Position numbers and translations under genes: made by a program. A stretch of 64,000 nucleotides of DNA from Lama glama (Eukaryota), in assembly GCA_028534125.1 (NCBI GenBank), contig CM052841.1:40858001-40922000 (forward strand), in the 5' to 3' direction. Within the stretch, counting starts at the first letter, position 1, and each line of letters starts with the position of its first letter. Below, piece by piece: positions 11,922-22,454 of the stretch. The notes under the pieces were generated by a model. The model was not told where the DNA came from and did no database searches. It was given only the letters and a program-made list of their open reading frames with translations.

Positions 11922-13610
11922 GTAATATGGATTATTTTACAGATTTTGTATTTTCTAAGAATTGGTTTATATGTGATCTTTCAGATATGAGCTCCAAATT
12001 CTGGGGCAAACCAGGTTGATGTTAATCTTGTAATGATCCAATCTGATAGGATTGGACTTGGCAAAGATTCCTGCGCAGTAGACATTCAGCCAGTTAGGTT
12101 GCAGTGTCTCTTAGGGACACACAAGTAACTTGAATTAGGACTCAACCAGTCAAGTAGAAATGCTTATAAAAGATCCAAACTATTGAGGGAGAAGATCAGG
12201 CTGTATGTCAGTGGGACACGGGCAAGAGTTCCAGCTCCGTTGAGCACCTGAAATGCACACCAGGAACGGGAAGAAATCATATAACATCACCGTAGATTAA
12301 GTGACCATCAAGGAAGCATTGAGGAAAGCCTGGTGGGCACCTGGATGCCTGTGAGGGAGAGAGGTCTCACCTCAGTCATAAAAATCCTAGATTTAATACA
12401 CAGAAGATTCATTGTAGATTCATTTCCCCCTAAAGGAAAGAGATTTTTCGTTAAGCTTGATCGTACACATGAAGTTGAGTCCATAGGCTTTGTAACTGAT
12501 TGGGACTGGGACAGCAAGAGTTGCCACAAAACAGGAAACAAAAGACAAGACAAATACCCATCAAAACCTTTGTCATCTTCATTATCTCTGTTATTGGTAG
12601 GGGACTCTAGTCTGAAATAAACTGAATCGTTATAGCAAAAAGGTATGATCTAAGATAATCATAACAGTGAAGGTGGCATTCACAAATGAAGGCAGCAGAG
12701 ACATTCTTAGATTTGCAAAATCTCAAAAAACTGACCACCCAAGTATGTATTAGCCATTATCCTGAGTGGTTTATATTTGCAGCTCTTAACTCTGCAAAGC
12801 CTTCCCTGACCACCCTCTCCAGAATTAAAGTACTCTGCTCTTTTATCCTGTCTGCTAACATCGTAGACTTTGAGTTTTATGAACAGATTGTTTTATTATC
12901 TTCCACTTAAACTTTCATGATCCAGATCAAAATCTGTAGAAGGAAGCAGTCTTCTGTGCTGTATATCCTAGGGGATTATGAAATCTAATTTATGGACAGA
13001 AAAGTAGTAAAGAAGCTACTTTAAAAAAAAATTATGCCACAGACATTTTAAAGCACCTACAATTTGCTGAGAAAGTAGATGACATAAATAGCTCATTCTT
13101 TAAAGCCCAACAGTTGACAGTTATCAACTGATGAGGTTCTTAAACGTTCTAAGAGAACTGGCTGAGTTTGTGCTAAATAGTATAAAGCATGTGAAATGAG
13201 CCTTAGGTTAGGTTTCCATTTCAAGAAATTTCCAATACTTTGTGTTTAAATTTAGAAGGGAGAAAATATATTTTTGTTCCTAATGTTAGTATTTTTTCTG
13301 GTTTCCATTTTGTTGAATATGTACACATACCTTCTATGTGTGTCTAGTAGGAGATGGAAATAAGAAAAATGACAAGAACCCAATACTACCTTCGGGAAGG
13401 TCACCTGATTCTAATGAGTGGCACTAGAAGCTTGCACAGTTGACAGTACAAGTAAAATCACTCGTGCTGCTGGAGAAATGTGACTTATTCTGCCTAAAGA
13501 GTAGAAGACTCTGTCAGACCTTAAGAATGAGTAGGTTATGAAAGTTGAGAGATCTTGTTTTCTACAAGTGTAGTGTGACAAATAGTAACCAAATGTCTTA
13601 TTACCTTAAG

Positions 13611-13725
13611 ATTGTTTGTTTGGGAAATCTTGCACTCCACAATTCGTAAGATGAACAAACATGTTCTGAAGATCCAGAAAGAGCTGGAAGAAGCTAAAGA
13701 AAAACTTGCAAGACAGCACAAACGG
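13611..13725 (+). CDS. NCBP1: NCBP1 exon ~20: [38 protein letters not shown]
   Basis: ccttaAG / GTAAGT; 115 nt; coiled-coil region of CBP80. Confidence 0.97.
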
Positions 13726-14418
13726 GTAAGTCTTGTGTCCACTGTGAATGGTCAAAGACGGTATACCAGAAACTCTTGAGAATATTCATTACTTTGACGG
13801 GAACTTATTTTTTCTGAGACCGCATCACTGCAGAGCTGTCTGTAGAAGAGGGGGAAGAGGAAGGTCCTGGGGGTCTGCTGTTACCCTGCGTGGTGAACCT
13901 GCCTAGGAAGCCGCAAACCTTCCTTTTCCATACTTCACCGTCTCTGGGTCGGTCTCATGTTTGCCTTCCCAAAAGGGAAGAGAAGGAAGGAGGACACTCG
14001 TATTTCTGAGTTTCTGATGCAGGAGGGGAAGACGGAGAAGACCTTCGGTGTTCACCGAGTCCCCAGTACTGTGAGGCGTGTGGGGTAGTCATTCCCAGGC
14101 CTGCAGAGTACTTCTCATGGTAGTAAGTTTAGTATTGTAGCCATCTGGGTGGAAGCAGTGAGCTTGCTGTGTGCTGTGATTTAGCAAAACAGTGCAGGTA
14201 TTTGTCAGGACAGTATTGTCCAGTGTTATGCGTGCTTACTAGAGTAGAGGATGAAAGCAAGTTTAATGACTTACATGAACCTGTAGCAGGTTCGAGGGCT
14301 GCTCTCCACATAGACATACGTGTGTACAGATCTAAAATACTGCAGGGTAGACAGTGTTGTCCTCATTTTATACATGTACAAACTGCAGGGGCTTTCCCTC
14401 AGGCTGCACTGTTCTCTA

Positions 14419-14630
14419 GGTATGTGGTGTCCATCCAGTAGGGTAACAACTAGCAACGTGTAACTTGAAGCTAATTAAATTTAAATGCAGTTTAAAATTC
14501 AGTTCCTTAGTCACACCAACCACATTTCAAGTGCTCAGTAGTTCTGTGTAGCTAGTGGTGGTTGTGAGGGCGGCGCAGATTTACATAACGTTTCCCTCAT
14601 CACAGAAGGTGTATCAGCAGTGGTGCTCTA
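14419..14630. mobile_element. hAT-Charlie MER3/MER33-like DNA transposon relic
   Basis: aaaattcagttccttagtcacacc..ccacatttcaagtgctcagtag core; ctctag at both flanks. Confidence 0.7.
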
Positions 14631-16089
14631 GAGCCTTGCCTTAGTGTAGGGTTAGGAAAAGACAAATGTGTACCCCATTGCCTAGACTCCATAACAGATG
14701 CTGTGCTAAAGATAAAAGCAGGAATGAAAAACAAACATTTTGCTTGCAGCATGGAAGAGGCTGGCATAGCTGGGGCCTTACCAGTAGTATTCTCTAGAAG
14801 GAACTAATAAGTTTTCTAGGTTTGATGATGCCTACCTTCTTGCTAAAAGGACCTCAGTACATAACACACCTGGAGTCAGGGTCTGGCTCTGCCACTTGCT
14901 GGCTGTGTGACACCAGTTATCTAACCTCTCAGCTTGTTCCTTTATCTGTAAAATCATGCCTGTCTCTTGCGTCTTACCAAAAAACCCCACACCTAAGCAC
15001 ATGCTGTTAATTTCTTCAGGGTAAGCTGGTAGGGAATTGTTTTAAGCTTAACAGAGGTGTGCTGAGTCCATCGTTGCCAGCAGAGGGTCTGGAACAGTCT
15101 GCTTTGATTTATTATGTCAGTCACAGCCATTTCTGAATTATTTCAGGGATGTGCAGCCTCTTCAGCTGCACAAGGGCCTGCCCAGCTTTGCTGTATGGCC
15201 CATTCGGGGACGAAAGATCAGCAGGGTGCCCCTGTTGGTGCTGCTCACATAGTGATGTATTAGTGACTGAAAACCAATGCTGTCGGTTTTTCCACTGGCC
15301 AACTAAGAAAAACAGTTTTAAGAATATATTATCTATCCTCATTATTTGCAGGTTCTTTTTTTGTTTTTTAAATTACCTTCTGTCTGAAATTTATTAGTTA
15401 CCCCAATACAGAATGAAGTGCTTTCCCAGTCATTTGTTGAGCAGCAAAAAAAAATTTGAGCTGCCCAGTGGGCTTGTTCCCAGCCGAGGTCAAACAAGAA
15501 CAAGACAACACTCTGCCTTCTCTGTTTCACTTCTCATACTGTTAAGAGTGTCCTTTTCGTGGTATATTAGTGCTACATTTTTCATGTTTGTGCTGGGCTT
15601 TTTGTTGATTTCACTGTTTAAAATGACCCTTAAGCCTAGGGCTGCGGGCTGTCTAGTGTTTCTAAGCACAGGAAGGCTATGATGTGCCTGATGTGAAAAG
15701 TATATATTAGGTAAGCTTCCTTCAGGCATGAGTTGTTGTGCTGTTGGCCGTGAGTTCAGTGTTCATGAATCAGCAGTGTCACACATACATCCAGAAGAGG
15801 GAAGAGGAGATTCACCAGTCTGTACATGAGGCTGCTTCCCAAGTACTAAAGTAACATCTAGTCTGTGATGAAGTGACGGAAAAGATGGAGAAGCTGCTAC
15901 TACATTTGTGGATTCATGAGATGACGACCAATTTTTTAAAAAAGCATAGTGGACAACATTCTTGTGGGGCTGAAAGCCAAGGAAATTTATGGCTACGTTA
16001 CTCAAGGTCAGAAAAATGTTAAATCCCCCTCAGCTAGTGTTTTGGTATAAAGCAATTACTGTATATAATTATTTATCAGACATACATAT

Positions 16090-16269
16090 CTTTAAAACAG
16101 AAACACACAGCAGACAAGGTTTGTGTATCAGTTGGTGAACGTGTTGTGATAAGAGGCTCCCAAGAACCTAACCCTATATTTCCTCTAGGAGCAGGGGCTC
16201 AGCATTCAGTAACTCAGGGTTCATGGCAATTTCATAACACATAACTATGGTGAGTAACAATCAACTGTA
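16090..16269. mobile_element. TcMar-Tigger family relic (MER82-like)
   Basis: aagaacctaaccctatatttcctctaggagc...acataactatggtgagtaac..aactgTA end. Confidence 0.6.
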
Positions 16270-16615
16270 TGTTTTCCATGGAGCTCAAAGCTGTTTTCAT
16301 TTTGAATGGAGGGAAAACATGACACGTTTCCTCCTCGAATGGGCTATCTTGTAAAAGGCATAACTGACTTCTGCAAACACTCCTACCGTCGTCACCCAAG
16401 ATAAGTACCACTGAATTTCCCTGACCTAGATAAGCACCCACAGGACTTTGGGTGTACACCTGTGTGTCTGGGACAGTGGAGTACTTTTACTGTAGCATAC
16501 AAGTCTTCAAATAGCATTTGACCAGAGACAGTAAAACTCTCCTGTTTACTTGATGGGATTTAATACACTGGAATTCTAAATGGTGGTTTCCTTTTGTTCC
16601 TTTGCATTTCTGTAG

Positions 16616-16744
16616 CGAAGTGATGATGACGACAGAAGCAGTGACAGGAAAGATGGGGCTCTTGAGGAACAAATAGAAAGACTGCAGGAAAAAGTGGAAT
16701 CTGCTCAGAGTGAACAAAAGAATCTCTTCCTTGTCATATTTCAG
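16616..16744 (+). CDS. NCBP1: NCBP1 exon ~21: RSDDDDRSSDRKDGALEEQIERLQEKVESAQSEQKNLFLVIFQ
   Basis: ctgtAG / GTATCT; 129 nt; matches CBP80. Confidence 0.97.
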
Positions 16745-17368
16745 GTATCTTGGCTTGGGACATTGATAAGTACAAAGAAAATTACAATTCTTTAGTTTTT
16801 AAAAAAATAGTTTTTAATCATAAACGTAATACATGCTCTTTTATAAGACCATAAAAGTTTACAAGGGAAATAGAGTTCACTATTTGGAGATAACCATGTT
16901 TACCTCTAAATTCTGTTGTTTACTTAGCATTCTTGCATGAGCATTTCTCCACGCTTTAAAAAAACAAAAAAAAACCTTGGGGATTCTTTGTTAAATACCT
17001 CTTTCATATTTATTTCCAATTGTTGATCTAGTTAGATGACTGTTTTCCATCCTGATGGATATTTTTGTGTACACATTCCTGTTAACATTTCTGATTATGT
17101 CTTTAGAATAGGTGCTAAGAAAAATTACTAGCGTAAGTAATCTGGACATTAAAGGTCTTCATGTATTGCCAGAAAGGATGTACTAACTCTTGTTGTCACT
17201 GGTCTGCCTTTCTACACTGACAGTATTAATTTTGTGACGGCTAGGGATACATGCCACAAAGATAGTGGAACAAGCAGTACCTTTGAGGTCTCTTGGTCAA
17301 AATGTGATTGTTTCTGAAGTATAAAATTCTCCCTCTAACACCTCTGGAAATTTGTACCCCATTTCCAG

Positions 17369-17482
17369 CGTTTTATCATGATCTTGACCGAGCACTTAGT
17401 ACGATGTGAAACTGATGGGACCAGTGTATTAACGCCGTGGTATAAGAACTGTATAGAGAGGCTCCAGCAGATCTTCTTACAG
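17369..17482 (+). CDS. NCBP1: NCBP1 exon ~22: [38 protein letters not shown]
   Basis: ttccAG / GTTTGT; 114 nt; matches CBP80. Confidence 0.97.
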
Positions 17483-18749
17483 GTTTGTGTAAAACTTTGA
17501 TTAGATAATACTAATATCACTATTCTTAGCCACAAGGGTTTTCCATTTTCATCAAATCTGTCAGGAGGTTATGTCATACCTGTAATCCCTTTAGTTCATA
17601 TCCATTTGCTCCTAGTGCTGCTCATCAGAATATTTAGGCTTAAATTGGCTCTATCTCACTCAGACTCCAAATTGCCATCTTTGCTGGAAAGTCTAGCTGT
17701 AATACAAAATGTGGGGGGTAAATGCTAAGGGAACAGTAATTGGATTTATAGAATTCCTTAAAATCTAATGTTCAAATGATGTCGTTGCTTCTAGGGGTAC
17801 TATTTAAGTCCCATGAGGTCCTCATAGAAAGCAAAATGCAACACCTGCTCTCTGCTAGGGGACTAATCCTTGGTATCTTTGGGCACTAAACATCCCAACT
17901 CCTTATTTGTTTGATCTCGAGAAGAGTGATTAAAGCAGAAGACATAAAGGGGAAAAAAAAGTTCAGGCCTCCAAATAGAACTTCACTCTAGATCTTTAGA
18001 TACTGTCAAATTAAAAAGAATTTTTAACAGCCTCTAGTCCTATAGGAATCTGAGTATATTAAAGATTATATATGTGCACACAGAAGAGAGTATTCCATTT
18101 TCTGACACTTTTTTCCACTTAGGCTCAACAAGTCACTGATTTTCAGTAAGATAAATGAGGCATGGCATGGGTTTTTGTAGAATAACAGACCATTGGTTAA
18201 TTGTGTAAAAAATCTGTTTAATAATGTTCTAATCCAAAAAAAAGCAAAGAAAAGGAAATGTTTCCAAAATTTTTCTTACGTTTCAGAGACCATGATTTTT
18301 AAGTATGGTTAATTAACAAATAACATTGTGCCATTCCTATTTTGTAATGTACACCACCTTCCCTGTCTTTTTTAATCTTCCTAGTCCCTGTCTGGGTAAC
18401 TTTTAAACATCATATTGTATTTTGTCCTAATTAGGAGAGACACGGCTGGACCTAGTCTGTAACAGTAGTAGCAGCACATGCTGTTGCCACTACCTTGACG
18501 CATGAATTGCATTACGCAGAAGCAGGCCAGACTGGATTTAAGTTATTGAATATCCTTTTTTCTTATTTCCCCCTACATTTTATTAATGTTGGGGGTTTTT
18601 AGGGGCCGTAACTCCAGTCGGCACACTCTTTTTTCCTGCTTGGTCCTGTCATTCCACAGTGCGGGGAGCTGCTGAGGGGAATGTTCTGCGAGATGGCTTA
18701 GTGCTCTTTTTCTTGGCCTAAACATTTACCCTTTTTCCTGTGTCCACAG

Positions 18750-18863
18750 CATCACCAAATAATCCAGCAATACATGGTCACCCTGGAGAACCTGCTCTTC
18801 ACTGCTGAATTAGACCCACATATCCTGGCTGTGTTCCAGCAGTTCTGTGCCCTGCAGGCCTAA
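18750..18863 (+). CDS. NCBP1: NCBP1 last coding exon (~23): [37 protein letters not shown]
   Basis: ccacAG acceptor; TAA at 18861-18863; matches the CBP80 C-terminus. Confidence 0.97.
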   Translation, partial: HHQIIQQYMVTLENLLFTAELDPHILAVFQQFCALQA

Positions 18864-19248
18864 CAGTCATTTTTCCCCCTTAATGTCAAGTTTTTTTTTT
18901 TTAAATCTCACAATAACTTGTCTTAGTTTTGATGGTTTGAATGCTTGCTTTCTTGTAGCATCCTTTCAGTTACTAAAGGAAACAGGAGTTGAAGGACAGT
19001 GAAAATGGTATTACCTTACCTTTAACTGCCCCTAAAATAACAATAATGTGATGATGACCATAGGTGTATTATATATGTGACAGATACAACTTTTCTCTGA
19101 TATATTTTTTCCTTATGGCACAAAAGATAACTAATTTGAGGTATGCGGAACACTAGGTGTCAAGCTTACAAAGTAGTACATAGAACTGATGGGTTTATTA
19201 TTAAGTAGCATAGCTTCTCACAGCTCATGGATAACCTAACATGGCTGA

Positions 19249-19254
19249 AATAAA
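19249..19254 (+). terminator. NCBP1: Candidate proximal poly(A) signal of NCBP1 (AATAAA; ATTAAA at 19311-19316; distal AATAAA at 20490, 20822, 20895)
   Basis: AATAAA about 390 nt after the stop, followed by a T-rich tract. Confidence 0.55.
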
Positions 19255-19439
19255 ACTAAAAATATGTTTTTTAAACCTTCGTATCTCAATGATTTATCAT
19301 CTCAGTCAACATTAAAATTGGTGGTTACTTACTGAAAGTATACTTACTTCCATCTGAAGTTTTCTCTTCAAGATATTTTTCATAAGTATAGTATTTTAAG
19401 ACACTACTGTTATTAAAAAGTGTTACTGCCTGGAGTAAC

Positions 19440-19590
19440 AGTTCCAGATTTGTCTGGATATACATCACCAGGGAATCTCTGAAGTAATTTTTTAAATTAA
19501 ACCAGAGTCTCTGGGAGTGGAACACAGACATCATTGGTAGTTAAGGCTCCCAGGTAATTGCAGTGTGTACAGGTTTTCAAATCTGAGACT
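19440..19590. mobile_element. MER5-like hAT relic downstream of the NCBP1 stop
   Basis: catcaccagggaatct...agtctctgggagtggaac..aggctcccaggtaattg pattern. Confidence 0.5.
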
Positions 19591-21697
19591 GAGCTGTCCA
19601 AGGTCATATAGTGAGTTACATACTAAAGTGATGTTAGAAGTAGCTAGATTGACTAAAACTATTACTTACTTGGCATTCAATGTAGGGTTGGATTTTATTT
19701 CTATGCAATCTGGTCCACGTAACTACTAATTTCTGAGCCTGTTTCCTATCTGGTGTTGAGACTTAACTAGTACATTGTAAAATAACACACAAGGGATTAT
19801 CTGACATTCCAAATTTCTAGCATTTTTAGAATTTTTCATTAAACCTTTGAAAAAATTTACCAATAATTCCACAACTAGTAGTATTTCTGTGCATTTGTAC
19901 AATATAGGTATCTTTTTTAATTTAGTGTATCATAAGTATGTAATGATAATACATTAAGCATTTTCCATATTGATACATGGGTCTCTTTGGTTTACATTCA
20001 GTGGCTACAGACTATAATCTTCACAATAGATGAGAATTCCTAGGATTTTTAAACACCATGCCATGTAAGAACAAGAAGTACTCACAAGTTTAAGGCAGCA
20101 TGGCAAATTACTGGCAGAAAGGGGACTAAAATCCAGGTTCTTAGCTGCATGTTCTTCTGTTTATACTGTTCCTCCTTCCCACAAACTATGTCATTAATTA
20201 GAAATGGCTCCTGTCCTCAAGAAGCTAAAGGATAAGCATTGTAAGGCTTTGGTAACTTTGACCCTAAGCTGCTTTGTAATCCTTTGCACTACATTATGAG
20301 AGTTTGGCTAGTTATACTTACTTGATCCAGATCCTAGAGGAATTCCTAGATTTTCACCTCCTTTCTCTTGGATCCTCTCTTCATGTGTAATGGTTGCTTC
20401 TTATAGCAGCTCACTGATGTGACCCTGCTCTGTCCCAGCCTGGCTGCTAGGTATATAGAAAAACTGAACTAGAGATTGAATTTTGAAGAAATAAAGGTAC
20501 AAGAGCAAACATTCAACAGTTGCTCTTCCCACATAAAGCCCAGAGAGACAAAAGAATGGCATGTCACCGTACACTGTACCTTGCAATATATCAATATTCT
20601 GTTAAACTGTACTGAAAGCCATTTAACATGCTTTTATCAAAGTGAACATCCTTGTTTTCCTTGATTCTAAATCTCCCTTCCAGGAACTATGCAGAAAGCA
20701 GTTCATGTGAAGATAAGTTTGCTTTTCCTGGAAAGTACTGAGCAACAATTTGTGTAAGTTACTAACCTACAATCATACCTGAAAATGAAAGATGAGGACA
20801 GAACTTGGCAACCAGAGTAAAAATAAAAGAGTTGGCTATTTGGGTACCAGGACTGTCTTAATTTGATGAAGAGTGAATAGACATACCTTACCTAAATAAA
20901 TCTATAACTAAACCGGTCTTGATAATATGTGCTTGTTAACAAGTGACCGTTATGTGCCAAGTGCTATATAGATTCACCATATTTAACCCTCACAACAGTC
21001 TTTAGACAGATTATTATGTCCACCTGACAGGTCACATAGGCCCATGGAGTAACTTACCTAAGGTAGTAAGTAGAATCTGAACCCTTAGTTACTCTGTCAT
21101 CAAGCTGGTACCTTTTTTTGTCCCAAGAATGTCTTGCTGCCCATTAAGAATCAGTTTTTACTGAGCTGTAATATTTAGCGTAACACAAAGTCAACACTCA
21201 ATATATATATTAAACATTAGCATACTGAACACTTATATAGAGAACAATTAGTACTATATTTGGGCTTGATCTTTTTTGATTTTTGCCTTCCTTCAAGCAC
21301 AACTCTAAGAACTGATCTAGACAGAAAAATGAAAATGTATAAAAATTTCCTATTTGTAGCAGTAGGATAAAAAGCTACATCAAAGAACAACTTGAAAATA
21401 TCTACTTTACTTAATCTGAATTTGTTTTTATCAAAGAATGCATAGACCCTGTAATTAACACATGGGATCAAATCCTCTGAGTAGATATAAATGCCCTGTT
21501 ATCCTTTTGGCAAGATGGGGGATATCTGACTAAACTTAGTCCAGGGGTCTGGGGTGAAGTCAGGTTGCAAGAGCAAGCCTCCTTCCCTCCAGGGTTAGAT
21601 GCACCTGTAGTAAGGCACTTAGCATGGTGCTCGCTTGGCACACAGTAATGCTCAGTAAATGTTAGCAAGTTGTGATCAACTTATTATCACTACTTTC

Positions 21698-21735
21698 TTT
21701 AATCAACAACAGTATAGCTGTTTAATCATTTTAAT
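21698..21735 (-). terminator. XPA: Candidate XPA poly(A) signal cluster (3x ATTAAA on the - strand)
   Basis: TTTAAT at 21698, 21721 and 21730, about 570-610 nt past the XPA stop; I saw no canonical AATAAA closer. Confidence 0.4.
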
Positions 21736-22305
21736 CCATATTTCAATATTAAGGTCTCTACAGTAGTAAACCCTAAGGATACAGAAGACACGATCAGACT
21801 CCCACAACTCCCTGTATGTTGCTACCAGTCAGGACTTGTCCCAGCAATAGCTCCCCACTCCCTGACCTGGAGACAGGAACAGTCTGGAAGACCTGGCATG
21901 GCCTCTGCTGTGCGGTGGTCTACCACCGTCTGGGCTGTTTCTTGGAATAAGAATCCACATCAGTCAGCTTTTGCCTTTACTAAAAAACTTCCTGCTACCC
22001 CAATTTAGGGTTTACCTTGGTTGCTTATTTCTCAGTTTTAGCTCTAACCTCACACTTCTGAACCCACTTTCTACTGCTCAGCTCCCATCCCTATTGTAGA
22101 AAAATGGTCACAGACCCAGTATTTTACCCACAGCCAGACCTGCTGGACCTTAACTGAAACTTGCTCTTAAGCCCTAACATTTATAATTATTGAAGCATTA
22201 TTTATACAAGTGTTTCTCTCATCTATGAAGACTTTACATTTTGGTGAATTTTAAACAGGATTATCTAAATGCATCTAAATGTAAAACAGATCACTTAACT
22301 AAAAA

Positions 22306-22454
22306 TCACATTTTCTCGTACGTCAGTTCATGGCCACACACCGTACAAGTCTTCCGGTACGTGTCGTCCTCTAGGTTTTCTTCTGGTCCATACTCATGTT
22401 GATGAGCAACTGTTTCCCTCTTCCACAGACTGCTTCTTACTGCTCGCCGTAGTT
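22306..22454 (-). CDS. XPA: XPA exon 6: (E)[48 protein letters not shown]
   Basis: ttttttcttAG acceptor; TGA at 22308-22306; C-terminal TFIIH-binding region; total protein 273 aa as in human. Confidence 0.97.

Noticed and set aside
15077-15090. CTCF-like CCAGCAGAGGGTCT in an NCBP1 intron
   Set aside because: Mismatch in the highly informative GGC triplet
21217-21471. 84-aa - strand ORF downstream of XPA
   Set aside because: AT-rich UTR-like composition, no recognisable protein, no convincing splice link to XPA
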